64,000 bases of DNA from Zootoca vivipara. Lineage: Eukaryota. Position numbers and translations under genes: made by a program. The DNA lies in NCBI RefSeq assembly GCF_963506605.1, contig NC_083278.1, positions 9,238,001-9,302,000 on the forward strand, given 5' to 3'. The notes under the pieces were generated by a model that had not been told where the DNA came from, did not search any database, and saw only the letters and a list, made by a program, of their open reading frames with translations. The stretch's first letter is position 1; every line of letters starts with the position of its first letter. This document shows positions 61,410 through 64,000 of this stretch, one piece after another.

Positions 61410-64000
61410 TCACATTAAAACACAGTAAAAAAAACACCCCTATGGTTTAATGTTGGTGTGCAGTATGCTGTTGTACGTAGTTCCTTGATGTTCTTTGCTT
61501 GTTCCTGACTGTGCTGCTGGGAAAGAAACCAAAATCTGGTTTGTCGCAACATCCGAACCTGGGCTGACACTTCTCCCCCCCAAAACCCACAAGCAGTAAG
61601 ACAAGAATAAACCTTGGTTACCACTTGTGGCTGTTTGGAGAGAAACGAACCTGAAATTCAGGTTTGGGCACTGTGACAAGTCAGACACTGAATTGCTTCC
61701 TGGTGGCACAGCAGCAGGAACAGAGTGAAAGCTTTGAACTGCGTGCCCCAGCATAATGCTAGCTTGCATTAAACATTAGTTTTTAAATCCACATTTGAGA
61801 ATCCTAGTAATGAGATAAATTGCTAGGCATGCAAGGGAAATCACCCCTTTTCATCATCATTCCTAGATGACTGGTATAAATGTTTTCTAAATAGGGTTGT
61901 CGTGATCCTCTGTAAGATCAAATGTCTTTTCACTTCACTTTGTATATTCCTAGAGGATCTGGATTTGTCTCCTTTTTGGAGTCAGAAGTCAGCAAGGAAG
62001 ATGGTGTGGCTATCATATGGGCTAGAAACTCATATTAGCAGGATTCCAGATTTCCTACTCAATGCCTGGGTAGTGGAGAGTATAATCCATACTACAAAAC
62101 TTCTCACTTTTATGGTTGCACAGGAAAATATGTGCGACAACCAATACTGACACAATGTTCTTTTCCTGTACTGGCCTTTGAAAAACTAAAGAATTATTTT
62201 CTCCTTCTTATCTATCAAATCATTCTGTTCTTACTGAGCTGACCTCAAAATCCTTGCCAAAGGTTAAGGTTTTCACATGATTATAACCAAAACATTCTAA
62301 TGTCATGGAATTCCATGAATGTCGAAGGATCTGCAAACAAACTGCCATGTAGTTAGGGACAGTCCCACCAAATGTCTTCATGCAACTGCTGCTTGCCCAG
62401 TTGTCCAGGACATTTCATGCAACCAAGCCCAGGGAGAGATGGCAAAAGCACTGTTCCTCACTAGGCTGAGGAACACAGCCTCCTATTGGGAAACTGAAGA
62501 AAATCCTAAAAAGCTCCCACATCATGGCTGCTTTCCCATTTCCCAATATAATGGGCAGCCAGGACAGTTAGGTCTGATTCTTACATGATTTTCTTGGCCC
62601 TTCCAACCCCAGGTTATTCAGCTCAGGAGATCGTGGTGTTCAATCACCCCACTGACCAGGCTGCTAAAAATAGGGAATGTCATCAGTGTATGTTTCTGTT
62701 CTGTAGTCCCTTCAGAACTTGACTGTGGAAAGCCTAGCCTCCCAACCTAAAGCTGACCATCCCTGCTATATATTCTCCATGTATGGAATAGCCAATACTG
62801 CACATTTGCAGTGTGGGACAAAAGCTGCCAAATGCACACAATTTAATATTGCTTCTTTTGCTAGGCACCTGCCCCGTACACTATTCTATGTGACAGGGTA
62901 ATATACACACACACTGACAGCAAATCAATGACCATACCCCCTTGCCCCAGGCTTAGGAGTGACAGATATGCTGTGAATGATAATTTAGCTAATCCAAAAG
63001 GAACAAGTAGTTACGAGTTTGGAACTATTTCCTGTAGTACAGGCGGAGGAAATTAATTTTAAAACAGTTATCAAAAACACACACCACTCTTTTAGCCAAT
63101 TCTGTAACCCATCTCCAAGAATCTGCCCTTTACATCTTAAGATACATGGATGACCTCGGGCTGCCTACTGGTGCTGCTAGCATTTGGATGAACAACTTTC
63201 TATTTACCCCCAAGTGACAATCCTGCCAGATATAATAGTAACAAATGCGTACTTACAACTACTTCCCTAAAACACTGCACTATGATTTGAGCTAATGTGC
63301 TGGTGACAGAACATTAAGCGGTGGGTAGTCTTCTAGAAGGCTGTCCATTCTATATGTGGATCAGCTCTTTAAAGTTTGCTTTGAAATTCATTAACAATGA
63401 CACTGGAGCAAGAAATTAGGTTGATGTCTCAAGTGAGGCATTCTTAACTCTGTAAGTTTACTTGTAGAAAGCAAGCACAAGGCTCTGTTACTTGAGCAAG
63501 TAAATGTTGATATAGGCCACATTAGCCAACATGGTGCACTTCAGATATTACTCAACTACAACTCCCATTAGCCCCAGCCAGCATGGTGAATATTCAGGGA
63601 TGATAGAAATTGTAGTCCAAAGTATCTGGATGGCAACATGGATGGAGCTGGATAGCTCAGTGGTGCTTATAGTGACAAGACTGCAGGTTGGATTAGATTA
63701 TCCTCAGGGTCCCTTTCAACTCTACAATTTGATGATTCTATGATTCTGTGTTAGCTACCCCATTCAACACACTTTTAGATTGAAGTCCCAGCCTTCAGCA
63801 CTTCCTGATTTGTGTTTAAACCATGTTTCTCTCTACTGATCATAAAAAACAAATATATTTTAGAGTATTGAAGGGCTCACCATTACCCACAAGCCATCAT
63901 ATTGCAGTTTACAAGACATAGTGGTTTATAAAATACTGAATCACATAACAGCAGATAACTTAAGATCAATCTATTGAGTTAGTTTCAAGACTATATAAAA

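Noticed and set aside
59137-64000. Search for CTNNA1 exon 9
   Set aside because: No LRKAVMDHVSDSFLETNVP-like frame found; the region is treated as intron 9.

Overview
This is vertebrate genomic DNA, almost certainly from a squamate and probably a lacertid lizard. That assignment is inferred from the repeat content: Sauria SINE, BovB, L2, CR1 and Penelope. The window holds two convergent gene ends. On + is the last coding exon of SIL1 (1325-1678). On - are the last nine coding exons of CTNNA1 (alpha-E-catenin; human-numbered exons 10-18, 59136 down to 35369), all with GT-AG sites, compatible phases and lengths of 93/157/201/152/111/182/106/135 nt. The rest is TE-rich intergenic and intronic DNA. 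Main observations: (1) two TSD-bounded fold-back Penelope-like elements, one an apparently perfect palindrome with 369-bp arms, each carrying a minimal hammerhead ribozyme on both strands; (2) a possible relic of the alpha-N-catenin alternative exon at the equivalent position in CTNNA1 intron 17; (3) an Arg-to-His change at human-equivalent CTNNA1 R451; (4) a cryptic exon whose reading frame depends on a (CA)n repeat; (5) a perfect 27-bp intronic hairpin. All homology calls come from recognising sequence by eye; no database searches were run, and TE boundaries without TSDs are approximate.
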